A DNA stretch of 64,000 bases. It comes from Bacteroidales bacterium (GTDB lineage: Bacteria; Bacteroidota; Bacteroidia; Bacteroidales; WCHB1-69). Under the pieces are notes generated by a model. That model was not told the DNA's origin, did not search any database, and saw nothing but the letters and a program-made list of their open reading frames with translations. Positions 39,089 through 48,016 of this stretch are shown piece after piece (the first letter of the stretch is position 1; every line of letters begins with the position of its first letter). The stretch lies in NCBI GenBank assembly GCA_016288655.1, contig JAEEKX010000022.1, positions 55,693-119,692 on the forward strand, given 5' to 3'. Position numbers and translations under genes: made by a program.

Positions 39089-39709
39089 CTAAAACCTCGC
39101 CCCGATGCCGACCTTGACGAAGGAGTCGAGGCCGATGTTAGTCTCGAACATGCCGAAGAAGCGTTTGCCGACGTTGACGCCGATGGGGGTGATGTTGAAG
39201 GCGAAGATGGCCTGGGCACTTCCGGGGTCGGGCTGGGCGTCGGCGGTGTAGGTCCGTTTCTGGTTGAGGACGAAGCCGATGCCGAGGTCGATGCCGGAAT
39301 AGAGACGCACCCATGGGCGGTTCAGGTAGGTGAAGCGCACGCTGGGCATGAGCGAGCAGATACTCAGGTCGGATTTCTCGCTGACGACGAGTTGGGTGGA
39401 GTCGGTGTAGCGGGTGGTGCGGGCGTTCTCGAAGGTGGCCTTCACGCCCACCTGGCACCACCACTTCACCTGATAGTAGTAGTGCAGCCCGTAGTGGCCG
39501 CGCAGATCCATCTTCACGGCGCGTTTGGAGATGCTGCTGCCGAGGGCCTCGAAGAAGCCGACAGTGCCATAGACGAGGGAGCCGAGTCCGGAGACGGGGC
39601 CGGCGGTGACGCCGATTTCGTGGTGCAGGTCGCTATGTTCGTGTTGCGCGGATGCCGGGACGGGTGCGAGAAGGCACGCCGCGACAATCCACAGGATGGT
39701 TTTTTTCAT
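39089..39709 (-). CDS. Outer-membrane beta-barrel protein (OmpW/porin-like small barrel)
   Basis: A 206-aa ORF with a signal peptide (ACLLAPVPASAQ), an alternating beta-strand pattern, and a C-terminal aromatic residue (GIGARF). Confidence 0.65.
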   Translation of the reverse strand: MKKTILWIVAACLLAPVPASAQHEHSDLHHEIGVTAGPVSGLGSLVYGTVGFFEALGSSISKRAVKMDLRGHYGLHYYYQVKWWCQVGVKATFENARTTRYTDSTQLVVSEKSDLSICSLMPSVRFTYLNRPWVRLYSGIDLGIGFVLNQKRTYTADAQPDPGSAQAIFAFNITPIGVNVGKRFFGMFETNIGLDSFVKVGIGARF

Positions 39710-39729
39710 AGTGGATGGTTTTTACGATG

Positions 39730-39737
39730 CAAAAGTA
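39730..39737 (-). promoter_or_regulatory. -7 promoter element (TACTTTTG) for the OM barrel gene
   Basis: The plus strand reads caaaagta, 21 nt upstream of the ATG at 39709. Confidence 0.4.
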
Positions 39738-39786
39738 CGATTTTTTTTGATGTGGCGGCGCGCGGCTCCGCCGCTTTCAACATCCA

Positions 39787-41142
39787 TCACCACGCCCACA
39801 CCAGCAGGCCGCCGCAGATGATCACGCCCGTGACGAAAAGGTCGATGAGGCAGTAGCCCATGATGTCCTTCGCGCTCAGTTTGGCAATGGCCAACGCCGG
39901 CAACGCCCAGAAGGGCTGGATGAGGTTGGTCCACGCATCACCCCAGGCAATGGCGATGCCGGTAAGCCCGGGATCGACACCCAAGTTGGCGCTCGCGCCG
40001 AACATGATCGGCGCCTGGATGGCCCAGTGCCCGCCGCCCGACGGCACGAACATGTTGAGCACCGCCGCACAGACGAACGTCAACAGCGGGTACGTGAGCG
40101 GCGTGGACGCCGAAATGCAGGCGTCGCTGACAACCGTGCCTAAACAAATACCGCTCTCCCCCACCCCGGTGATAATGCCCATGATGCCGGCATAAAAGGG
40201 GAACTGCAACAAAATGCCCGAAGCCCCCGACGCCGCCTTGCCAAACGCCTTCACATAGGCATACGGCGTGCCGTGCATCAGCAAGCCCGTGAACAAAAAC
40301 AACATGATGACAGCGTTCAGATCGAACGCGCCACCGCGAAAACCGAGGCGCACCACCAAGAATATCAGGCCGATACCGCCGATAATCCAGGTGAGCAGAC
40401 GACTGCCTTCCAACTTCTCCGCCGGCGTGGTCGCCTTGCCCCGCGCAACGGTCTCCTCTTCCGCCAACAACGACGGATCGACAGCCACCACCATCAAAGG
40501 GTTCTTCGGGTGCATGAGCGAGTTGACCAGCACGATCGCCCCGATGACCAACGCCACCATGACGAGGTTGTGCGGGTCGAGGATGGTCTGGCCGACAGGC
40601 ACGGGCGTGGTGAGCGCGCCGTTGGTGGCTCGCATCAGCGACTCGCCGTCGGTGGACATGGTGAGCGGAATCGAACCCGAAAGCCCGGCATGCCACACCA
40701 CAAAGCCGCTGTAAGCCGAGGCGATGAGCAGCCGGTAATCGACACCACGCAACGTGCGCGCGATCTCCTTGGCGAAGATGACGCCCACGATGAGTCCGAA
40801 CCCCCAGTTGAGCCAGCAGGCGATGGCTGAAACCAACGTCACCAACGCGATCGCTCCCGCCGGCTTCTTCGGCAACCCCGCCATGAATCGGATACCCCGA
40901 CGGATGGCGGGCGCCGTCGCCAACGCCGATCCGCAGACCAACACCAACGCCATCTGCATCGAAAAAGCCAACAGTCCCCACACACCTGAACCCCAGTGCT
41001 CAACGACTTCGAGCGGCGTCTGATGACAGATCGGCATCGCCAAGACCATGGCGACCAACGTGAGGATGATGGCGAATACGAATGGCTCGGGCAGCCAACG
41101 CTGCACCATGTTCACGCATCCGCGGATGACTTTCTGGAACAT
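39787..41142 (-). CDS. atoE: Short-chain fatty acid transporter (AtoE family)
   Basis: A 451-aa polytopic membrane protein. The N-terminus WLPEPFVFAIILTLVAMVLA and overall organisation match my recollection of AtoE/TIGR00366 proteins. Confidence 0.8.
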   Translation of the reverse strand: MFQKVIRGCVNMVQRWLPEPFVFAIILTLVAMVLAMPICHQTPLEVVEHWGSGVWGLLAFSMQMALVLVCGSALATAPAIRRGIRFMAGLPKKPAGAIALVTLVSAIACWLNWGFGLIVGVIFAKEIARTLRGVDYRLLIASAYSGFVVWHAGLSGSIPLTMSTDGESLMRATNGALTTPVPVGQTILDPHNLVMVALVIGAIVLVNSLMHPKNPLMVVAVDPSLLAEEETVARGKATTPAEKLEGSRLLTWIIGGIGLIFLVVRLGFRGGAFDLNAVIMLFLFTGLLMHGTPYAYVKAFGKAASGASGILLQFPFYAGIMGIITGVGESGICLGTVVSDACISASTPLTYPLLTFVCAAVLNMFVPSGGGHWAIQAPIMFGASANLGVDPGLTGIAIAWGDAWTNLIQPFWALPALAIAKLSAKDIMGYCLIDLFVTGVIICGGLLVWAW

Positions 41143-41154
41143 GCTCTCTTGAAT

Positions 41155-43485
41155 TTACTGGATTATGATCTTGCGGGCATCCAAGCCGCCGCGCGTATAT
41201 ACCTGGAAGAAATAGACGCCCTTGGGCAACATCGACACGTTGAACAGATGCGCTTCGGCATCGGCCGCGCTGTCGAAGAAGTAAGTGCGGAGGGTCTTGC
41301 CGTCCGGAGTGACGATGGCGCAGACCAGGTCGCGCAACGGCTGCGTGAAGGTGACACGGAACTGCCCATGGCTCGGGTTCGGATAGACCGAAAAGTCGAT
41401 CTCATCGACCAAAGCGTGGTGCGCCGGCTCGTCCGTGCCCAGCACGCAGGGCTGGTTGCTCTCGCGGATGAGATAGCACGACACACGGTAGTGCGGGTTG
41501 TAACTGGCGTTGCAGTCCTCACAGGTCGTGCCGCTCACGCAGTCGGGATTGTGCGGGTGGCAGAGGTCCTGATATGAGGTCTGGAAGATGTATGACAGCT
41601 GGAAAGGCGTCATCCATAGGTAGTTGGTGACGTCGTAGAAGAAGGGCTTCGCAATGCTGCCCGGACACCAGCCGGCGCGGTCGTACTTGTAAGTGCCGGA
41701 CTGACCGTTGCAGCCGTCGGGATTGGGCCAACAGTCGGTCCATAAATCCTGCTCGAAGGCGTCTTCGCCGTTGATCTGCAGGTGGTGAACGGCGTGGTAG
41801 AATTCAGCGGCATTGCCGGTGTTGTTGTCGCCCCAGCCGTGGCCGGTGGTCACCAGTCGCAGGTGCGCCGCAGCCGCCGCATGGAAAATGCCGACGGTAA
41901 CGGTATCCACGGGCTGCAGGTTGGTGGGATCGCCGAAGTTGTACGTGCCCTGCCACATCTCTTCCACATAACTGTACGGATATGGCGGCGTGCCCTTGAA
42001 ATACTCGAACACCAGATCCATCTGCCAGCCGCCCGTGCCCCACGTCTCAATGTACATCCGCATATCGACCTTGCCCTGCAACAGCGAGGCGAAGTCGGTG
42101 ACGTCAATCTCGTGGGTGCAGCCCTTGCCGTAAGGCGTGATGTAACGGATCAACTCGACCCAGTTACCGCTCGGATCCTTCACCTGAATCCAGGCGAGAC
42201 GGTCCCAATCGTCGCAGCCCCCCGGCACGTTCGGACAGGTGACGTAAAGGTGCGCTTGGATGGAGTCGTAGGCAGCCACGAACTGCGGAAGTTCGTAACT
42301 TCCATAGTACCACTGTGATCCAATGGTTCCGGCGTCGATGACGGCATCGTCGAACGTCTGCTCACTGCGGTCGTTGTACTCGTCGGTCACCTGCACAGTC
42401 ACCGTCTCGGTCGTCGTGTTGCCGTTGGAAGCAGTCGCCAAGACGACAATGGTATGACTGCCGAAGTCGGAGGGCGTCCACCAGTAGGCGAAGTCGCCGT
42501 TCTCGAAAGTCGCGTCTTCAAATTCGCCCCCGTCAATGGAGTATTGTACGGATGTAACGTCCAGGTATTCTTGTTCTTGTATAGATGTTGAAGTGTGCAG
42601 CAAATAGGGCATCAACGACGGCATCTCCACAGGATAGGCAGCGGTGAGCTTCAGGTTCACTTCGGGCGAAAAGTCCATCAGGTTGATGACTTCGAAAGTG
42701 ATGATGGCTTCTGCGGGATAGAAGGCGCTGTCCCCTTCCTGAGCAATGCGCAGTTCCACCACCCCACCCTCTCCAGTGAGGGTGACGATGGTGTCGGCGA
42801 TGGTAGCCGGCCCCGAAACGACTTCATAGGTGAGCGGAAGACCGGAAGACGCATGCGCATGGACGGCAAACGGCGGATTGGTAGAGAGTTGTCTGTCAAC
42901 AGGTTCCGTATAGACAACCTGGTTGTTCTGTCCCGACGGTTCGCACTCGGTGTCGCAGTAGATATCCAATTCAGCGATCATAGCGTACTTGTCGCCCGCC
43001 ACGCTGCTCAGTCCCACGAGGCGCACGTAACGCCCGCGCACGGCACCGAAGAAGACGTTGGCACTCTGCTGCACGCCGCTGTTCGGCTGCGGGTACTCCA
43101 ACTGCCCCAGCGCCTGCGGATCGCCCCAGTCGAGCGTATCGAGCGTGACGTAAAAAACGAAGTCCTTGATACGCCCGTTGCGGGTGTTGTTGTTGCGGGT
43201 CAGAAAGCCGAAACCGTTGATGGCCAACGTATCACCCAAATCAATCCAAATCTCGTGCGGATAGTCGTAGGAGTGGTTCTGCCACTCGGAATGCCAAAAT
43301 GTGGATGAATCGTTGTCAATGCAGTGGATGGCGTTTCCATTGCCAGCCCCTTCACCAGTCAACTCTTCGCTGTCAACATAGACGACATGCCAGTTGGATT
43401 TGTCGGCGACGCGGGTGGTGTCGCAAGCATAGGTGACGGCGTGAGCCAAAAGAAAAAGGAGTGCGAACAGGGCGTACTTTTTCAT
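41155..43485 (-). CDS. T9SS-secreted protein with an N-terminal F5/8 type C (discoidin) domain and a PNGase F-like (N-glycanase) domain
   Basis: The start is the ATG at 43485 (MKKYALFALLFLL). The discoidin block is AIHCIDNDSSTFWHSEW...YPHEIWIDLG...INGFGFLTR...RIKDFVFYV. The N-glycanase-like block is TTGHGWGDNNTGNAAEF...INGE...DRAGWCPGS. The T9SS tail is VYPNPSHGQFRV...KGVYFFQVYTRGGLDARKIIIQ. Confidence 0.65.
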   Translation of the reverse strand: MKKYALFALLFLLAHAVTYACDTTRVADKSNWHVVYVDSEELTGEGAGNGNAIHCIDNDSSTFWHSEWQNHSYDYPHEIWIDLGDTLAINGFGFLTRNNNTRNGRIKDFVFYVTLDTLDWGDPQALGQLEYPQPNSGVQQSANVFFGAVRGRYVRLVGLSSVAGDKYAMIAELDIYCDTECEPSGQNNQVVYTEPVDRQLSTNPPFAVHAHASSGLPLTYEVVSGPATIADTIVTLTGEGGVVELRIAQEGDSAFYPAEAIITFEVINLMDFSPEVNLKLTAAYPVEMPSLMPYLLHTSTSIQEQEYLDVTSVQYSIDGGEFEDATFENGDFAYWWTPSDFGSHTIVVLATASNGNTTTETVTVQVTDEYNDRSEQTFDDAVIDAGTIGSQWYYGSYELPQFVAAYDSIQAHLYVTCPNVPGGCDDWDRLAWIQVKDPSGNWVELIRYITPYGKGCTHEIDVTDFASLLQGKVDMRMYIETWGTGGWQMDLVFEYFKGTPPYPYSYVEEMWQGTYNFGDPTNLQPVDTVTVGIFHAAAAAHLRLVTTGHGWGDNNTGNAAEFYHAVHHLQINGEDAFEQDLWTDCWPNPDGCNGQSGTYKYDRAGWCPGSIAKPFFYDVTNYLWMTPFQLSYIFQTSYQDLCHPHNPDCVSGTTCEDCNASYNPHYRVSCYLIRESNQPCVLGTDEPAHHALVDEIDFSVYPNPSHGQFRVTFTQPLRDLVCAIVTPDGKTLRTYFFDSAADAEAHLFNVSMLPKGVYFFQVYTRGGLDARKIIIQ

Positions 43486-43517
43486 AAATAACAGGTTCAG
43501 ATATGGTTGTGAAATTC

Positions 43518-44435
43518 CTAAACCCAAAGTTTCAGGTTGTCGGCGATGATGTCGGCGCGTTTCTCGAAGGCCTGCCGTGTGGCGAAGGCCACGTGCGGGG
43601 TGACGACGGTGTTGGGCAGGTGGGCCAACTCATAATCGGCGGGAATGGGCGGTTCCATGTCAAACACGTCGATGCCGGCGCCGGCGATGCGCTTGTGCTT
43701 CAACGCATCCACAAGGGCGGCCGTATCGACTACGCCGCCACGGGCGGTGTTGATGAGATAGGCAGTCGGCGCCATCAACGACAGTTCGTGCGCTCCTACC
43801 AGACCGCGGGTCTCGTCGTTGAGCGGGGTGTGTAGCGAGATGATGTCGCAGGTGCGGAAGAGTTCGTCCTTCTCCACCAACGTCACGCCGGGATGGCTCT
43901 TCGGGGTGCGCGTGTAGGCGAACACCTGACAGCCGAAGGCCTGCGCGATGTCGGCCACGCGGCTGCCGATGGCACCCAGTCCGAGGATGCCGAACTTCTT
44001 GCCCGCCAACTCGAAACCGACAAGCCCGTTCTTCGTCCCCTGGTTGCGGCAGGCGACGTCGCAGGCGGGAATGTTACGCGCCAGCGATAGCACCAGCCCG
44101 AACACCAAGTCGGCGACGGCCACGGTGGAGTAGCCCGCGCAGTTCTTCACTTCGATGCCACGTTCGGCGCAATAGCCCAGGTCGATGTGGTCCATGCCGG
44201 TGAAGGCGACGCAGATCTTCTTCAACTGCGGACACCGCTCGATGACCGCCTTTCGGTAGGGGATGTTGCTGAGCACCACGATGTCGGCGCCCTGGCTACG
44301 AGCCACCAACGTGGCTTCGTCCTCCCTGCGGTCAGGGTAGAAAGTAAGTTGGTGGCTATCGCCTATCTTGTTGCCAATCCGTTCTTTAAGGTATTCCGTC
44401 GAAACGCCGAGCGGTTCGAGTATTGCAATGTTCAT
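43518..44435 (-). CDS. D-isomer-specific 2-hydroxyacid dehydrogenase (glycerate/hydroxypyruvate/2-oxoacid reductase family)
   Basis: A 305-aa ORF. The NAD fold is GKKFGILGLGAIGSRVA. The catalytic region is LINTARGGVVD...GAGIDVF..EP....HLPNTVVTPHVAFAT. Confidence 0.85.
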   Translation of the reverse strand: MNIAILEPLGVSTEYLKERIGNKIGDSHQLTFYPDRREDEATLVARSQGADIVVLSNIPYRKAVIERCPQLKKICVAFTGMDHIDLGYCAERGIEVKNCAGYSTVAVADLVFGLVLSLARNIPACDVACRNQGTKNGLVGFELAGKKFGILGLGAIGSRVADIAQAFGCQVFAYTRTPKSHPGVTLVEKDELFRTCDIISLHTPLNDETRGLVGAHELSLMAPTAYLINTARGGVVDTAALVDALKHKRIAGAGIDVFDMEPPIPADYELAHLPNTVVTPHVAFATRQAFEKRADIIADNLKLWV

Positions 44436-44451
44436 GTTTTCTATTTAATGA

Positions 44452-47400
44452 TTACTGCTTCACGACCTTGGCGGTGAAGGCATCGTTGTCGTTGAAGATG
44501 GAGATAAGGTAGATGCCACTGGTGAGGTGGCTGACGTCAAGGGTGTAGAGGTCGCAGCCGGCGTTGATGGTGCGGCTCATCAACTGCTTGCCGTTCAGGT
44601 CGAAAAGCGTCAGTTGATAGTTGGCGTTGCCTTCAGGCAGGGTGATGTTCACGCTCTCTATAGCGGGGTTCGGATAGACCGAGAGAATGTGGCTTTCAGC
44701 TTCGGCAATGGCAAGCGGGGCCATCTCGCCGTCCATCGGGAACTTGATGTAATCGACACGGGCGGTGGAGGAACTGCCACCGTAAGCTTCGCGGCTGAAC
44801 TTGAACTTGATGGTGTGCGTGCCGGCACTGATCGGGAAGGCGGCGCGTCCCCACGGCGTGGTGGTGGTGATGGACTCCTGCTGCACGTTGTCAATCAGGA
44901 AGGCGAACTCGTCATTGCCGTACCAACCGCTGCCGGCGTTGAAACGACGATAGTAGGAGATGCTGTCGTTGGCCGCCGCATGGATGGAGAGGGTGAGCGT
45001 GCAACTGTTGCCATAACTCATGCCACTCTTCGAAACCGCACAATAACTTCCTTCGTATGCGCCGTTGCCCACCGTCCAGGCATTGCTGCTGTTCGACCAG
45101 TTGAATTTCGAGAAATCTCCCGTTTCAAAGTCCTCAACACATTCACCTACAAATACATAGACTGTATCGGTGTAGGAATATGCACCGGCGTAGAGGTTGT
45201 GGATGAAGGGAATGATGAACGGCTCAGGAACGTTGCCGCTCAGTTGAATAGTGAACTCGGAGACGCTGCTGCCTTGGGCTTGAATATCGCCAAGGGCGAT
45301 GTCGTCGTTGGCGATGGTGACCTGGTCGTAGGCGCAAGACAGGTGTGAATAGGTTCCAACCGCATTGGCATGGCCGGCGTTGCGTGTGGTGATACGCAGG
45401 GTGACGGTCTCGCCCGGGTTGATGGAGCCGTTGTCGTTGCCCTCGGCCTCTGCCGAACTCACCACGGTGTTGCTCAGGACAGGGGCCTGCAACGTCATCA
45501 CATAGTGGGTCGTGGTAGTCTGGTCGCCGCAAGTGGTGGTGATGGTGAAGGGCACGTTGGTGCGGTCGGCCACGTCGTTGGCGATGTTGATGCCGAAAGC
45601 GCCGGCAAAGGACTGATGGTCGTTGGCCGCCAGCGCCGACAGGGTGATCGTGCTTTCGACGATGCTCACTTCGGAGGTGGGATTGTCAAGAGCAATGGTG
45701 CTGGTGATGTTGGAAGCGCCATCGACGCCGAGGTTGCGCAGCGTAGCGTCAAGGGTGACATAGCCGCCGTAGTTCGGTTCCTGACCGTTGGAAAGGGCGA
45801 TGTCGGTGGTCACGACATACGGTCCATCGGGGACGATGGCCGTGATGGTCTGGAAGAAGGGCTGGTAATTCTGGGCCGTGACAGCCAACTCGTAGGTGTT
45901 GGAGGCCAAAACCGGATTGAAGGTGAGGGTGGCGACGCCGGTAGCAGAGGCCGTGGCGGCAGCGATGACGCTGCCGTTTTCCGTCAATGCGACGTAAGCG
46001 TAAGGCACGGCAGTCACCGTCATATCCGTGGCGCCGCTGACCATGGCGGCGGGGGCACTAACAGTCATCGGCTCGGGCTGCGACAGCCACGGCAGCATGG
46101 AGGGATCGCCCATCAGGTGGTAGATCTCCCAATAGTAAAGTTTGTAACTGGAAGATGCGGACTCCACGGCGAGATTGCCGCCGTAGATGATGGAGCCGGC
46201 AGAGACATACCAGTCGGAGAAGTCCTCCCCATGGGTGTGGAACATGCGGTCGTATGCGCCGAGATGGGCGGCGTCGTAAGTGGCGTTGGCGTTGATGGTG
46301 GAACGTACGCCGACAGACCAGTAGAAGTCCTCATCCCAAATGGTACTGTTGGAACCGCCGATGTATCCGGCCGCACCCTTGTTGGCGGTACGCAGCAACG
46401 CTTCGCCAAAGCACTCGTTTTCATCAAATTTGTTGGAGAGACAGCAGTTGCCGATCATGAAGGGATATTTGTCCACATTGCTCATCGCGGAGATCTGCGA
46501 AGTGTTGAATTCCGGATCCGACCAGCCGTCCGAGCCGCAGTGAGCCGTGTAGTTGGCATAGCCGACACCCGCGCCGATGTCGGCCCGGATCTGCGCCGCC
46601 TGGCTGCTGCTGTTATAAAGATAGGTGTGGACATTGGAAAAACCATATTCCGTATTGATATAGTTGTTGGCCAAATAGTTGATCTGCCCATTGGCGTGCG
46701 TGGGTGACCAGCTGGCATCGGAGCCAGCCACCAGCACAGCGTCGTTCAGGTAAGTGGGATCTGGCATCGTGTATTGCTCGTACTGCATCACCTTGGCGAG
46801 GATGTTGCTGAGATGGGTGGCGTTCTGAGCAGAGAAACGGCCGTAGAAGCAATCCGGGAAATAGTCGCCATCGGTCCAAGTGAAATAGTAAAGGTCGGTC
46901 TTGTGGTTCTCGCCGGAAACTTGCGCGTTGAAGACAGGAATCTGCGCGATGTCGCCCACCAGCAACACGTATGTCGGAGCCGGCTCGGTCTCGGTGGCGT
47001 TGGTGTATTTGGCTTTGATGAAGTTTGCGATGGCCGTAGTGGTGGTGCCCACTCCCGGGTCGTCAGTGTAGGCGATCTCAACCGAGAAGCCCTGACGCTG
47101 CTTCCAAGCGACAAACTCATCCAGTTGGCCGCGGAACATGCTGTTGGCGACAATCAAATACTTGATGGGAGCGCTGAAGGTGTGTTCGCGTGTTTCCTCC
47201 ACCGGATTGATGATGTGGGAACGCAATCCGTTGAAGACCGCGTTGCCGTGCAACGACTTCATCTCGTATGTGGCCGGAATATCAGCGTTTTGGAAGGTGA
47301 AGTTCACCTCGATGTCGTCATAAACACGATACTGGTTGGTGACGGGGTTGTACTGCACAGGCGAGAAATAGACGGTAGCGAGATTGATGTTGCGGGCCAC

Positions 47401-47850
47401 GCCGCTCTTCTCCACGGTGATCAGGTCGCCATGCCACTGGTCGCGGCTGTAGGTGGCTGCATCGTAGGCGAACTCGGGGGTGTCATGCCCGGACTTGAAG
47501 TTGGCGGGCTGGGCCGGGAACAGCGGATGGTGGACGCCGAGCGCCTCGGCACTGTAGTCCTGGTAATGGGATGCGGTGATCTCATACTCCACGCCATCGC
47601 AGAGCGGAATCTCCATAAGACGAACCATCACAGGTAGTTGCGGCTGTCCAACGGCGGTGGTGAGGTAGGTGTCGTCCATGCTTACACGACTGAAATCACC
47701 CGCAGGGGTGTTGACATCCGTGATGGAAAGAGAACCAGCGGTGAAGTGCACGCGCACGTTCTGGAAACTGTTCTCTTGCACCTGGCAAGTCTGCGCCTGA
47801 AGTGCCGAAAACGCCATCAACAAAAAACCGAGAAGAAAGATTTTTTTCAT
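44452..47850 (-). CDS. C25 family (gingipain-like) cysteine peptidase with Ig-like/adhesin-like modules and a T9SS C-terminal domain
   Basis: The start is the ATG at 47850 (MKKIFLLGFLLMAFSALQAQ). It has a propeptide and catalytic domain: YLIVANSMF..., VLLVGDIAQIPVF, HKTDLYYF, YANYTAHCGSDGW (His context), FMIGNCCLSNKFD (Cys context). The tail is VYPNPAIESVNITL...SGIYLISIFNDNDAFTAKVVKQ. Confidence 0.85.
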   Translation of the reverse strand: MKKIFLLGFLLMAFSALQAQTCQVQENSFQNVRVHFTAGSLSITDVNTPAGDFSRVSMDDTYLTTAVGQPQLPVMVRLMEIPLCDGVEYEITASHYQDYSAEALGVHHPLFPAQPANFKSGHDTPEFAYDAATYSRDQWHGDLITVEKSGVARNINLATVYFSPVQYNPVTNQYRVYDDIEVNFTFQNADIPATYEMKSLHGNAVFNGLRSHIINPVEETREHTFSAPIKYLIVANSMFRGQLDEFVAWKQRQGFSVEIAYTDDPGVGTTTTAIANFIKAKYTNATETEPAPTYVLLVGDIAQIPVFNAQVSGENHKTDLYYFTWTDGDYFPDCFYGRFSAQNATHLSNILAKVMQYEQYTMPDPTYLNDAVLVAGSDASWSPTHANGQINYLANNYINTEYGFSNVHTYLYNSSSQAAQIRADIGAGVGYANYTAHCGSDGWSDPEFNTSQISAMSNVDKYPFMIGNCCLSNKFDENECFGEALLRTANKGAAGYIGGSNSTIWDEDFYWSVGVRSTINANATYDAAHLGAYDRMFHTHGEDFSDWYVSAGSIIYGGNLAVESASSSYKLYYWEIYHLMGDPSMLPWLSQPEPMTVSAPAAMVSGATDMTVTAVPYAYVALTENGSVIAAATASATGVATLTFNPVLASNTYELAVTAQNYQPFFQTITAIVPDGPYVVTTDIALSNGQEPNYGGYVTLDATLRNLGVDGASNITSTIALDNPTSEVSIVESTITLSALAANDHQSFAGAFGINIANDVADRTNVPFTITTTCGDQTTTTHYVMTLQAPVLSNTVVSSAEAEGNDNGSINPGETVTLRITTRNAGHANAVGTYSHLSCAYDQVTIANDDIALGDIQAQGSSVSEFTIQLSGNVPEPFIIPFIHNLYAGAYSYTDTVYVFVGECVEDFETGDFSKFNWSNSSNAWTVGNGAYEGSYCAVSKSGMSYGNSCTLTLSIHAAANDSISYYRRFNAGSGWYGNDEFAFLIDNVQQESITTTTPWGRAAFPISAGTHTIKFKFSREAYGGSSSTARVDYIKFPMDGEMAPLAIAEAESHILSVYPNPAIESVNITLPEGNANYQLTLFDLNGKQLMSRTINAGCDLYTLDVSHLTSGIYLISIFNDNDAFTAKVVKQ

Positions 47851-47898
47851 ATTAAAATGATTTTGATGATTAATTCGAAAAAAAGATTTTTTAGCCGC

Positions 47899-47906
47899 CA
47901 AAATTA
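47899..47906 (-). promoter_or_regulatory. -7 promoter element (TAATTTTG) for the C25 peptidase cluster
   Basis: The plus strand reads caaaatta, 49 nt upstream of the ATG at 47850. Confidence 0.4.
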
Positions 47907-48016
47907 CAAAAAAAATCAAAGCGAAAAACGTATTTTCTTGAATAAAAAACGTGTTTTGCACAAATTAGAAGTTGAATTTTAGAAGAGAAAAACAAATGGC
48001 TTCCGCAACTTCTTCA

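Noticed and set aside
39755-39780. A GC-rich hairpin (gcggcg...cgccgc) downstream of atoE, considered as a terminator.
   Set aside because: On the minus (coding) strand no U-tract follows the stem. On the plus strand there is no upstream gene to terminate.
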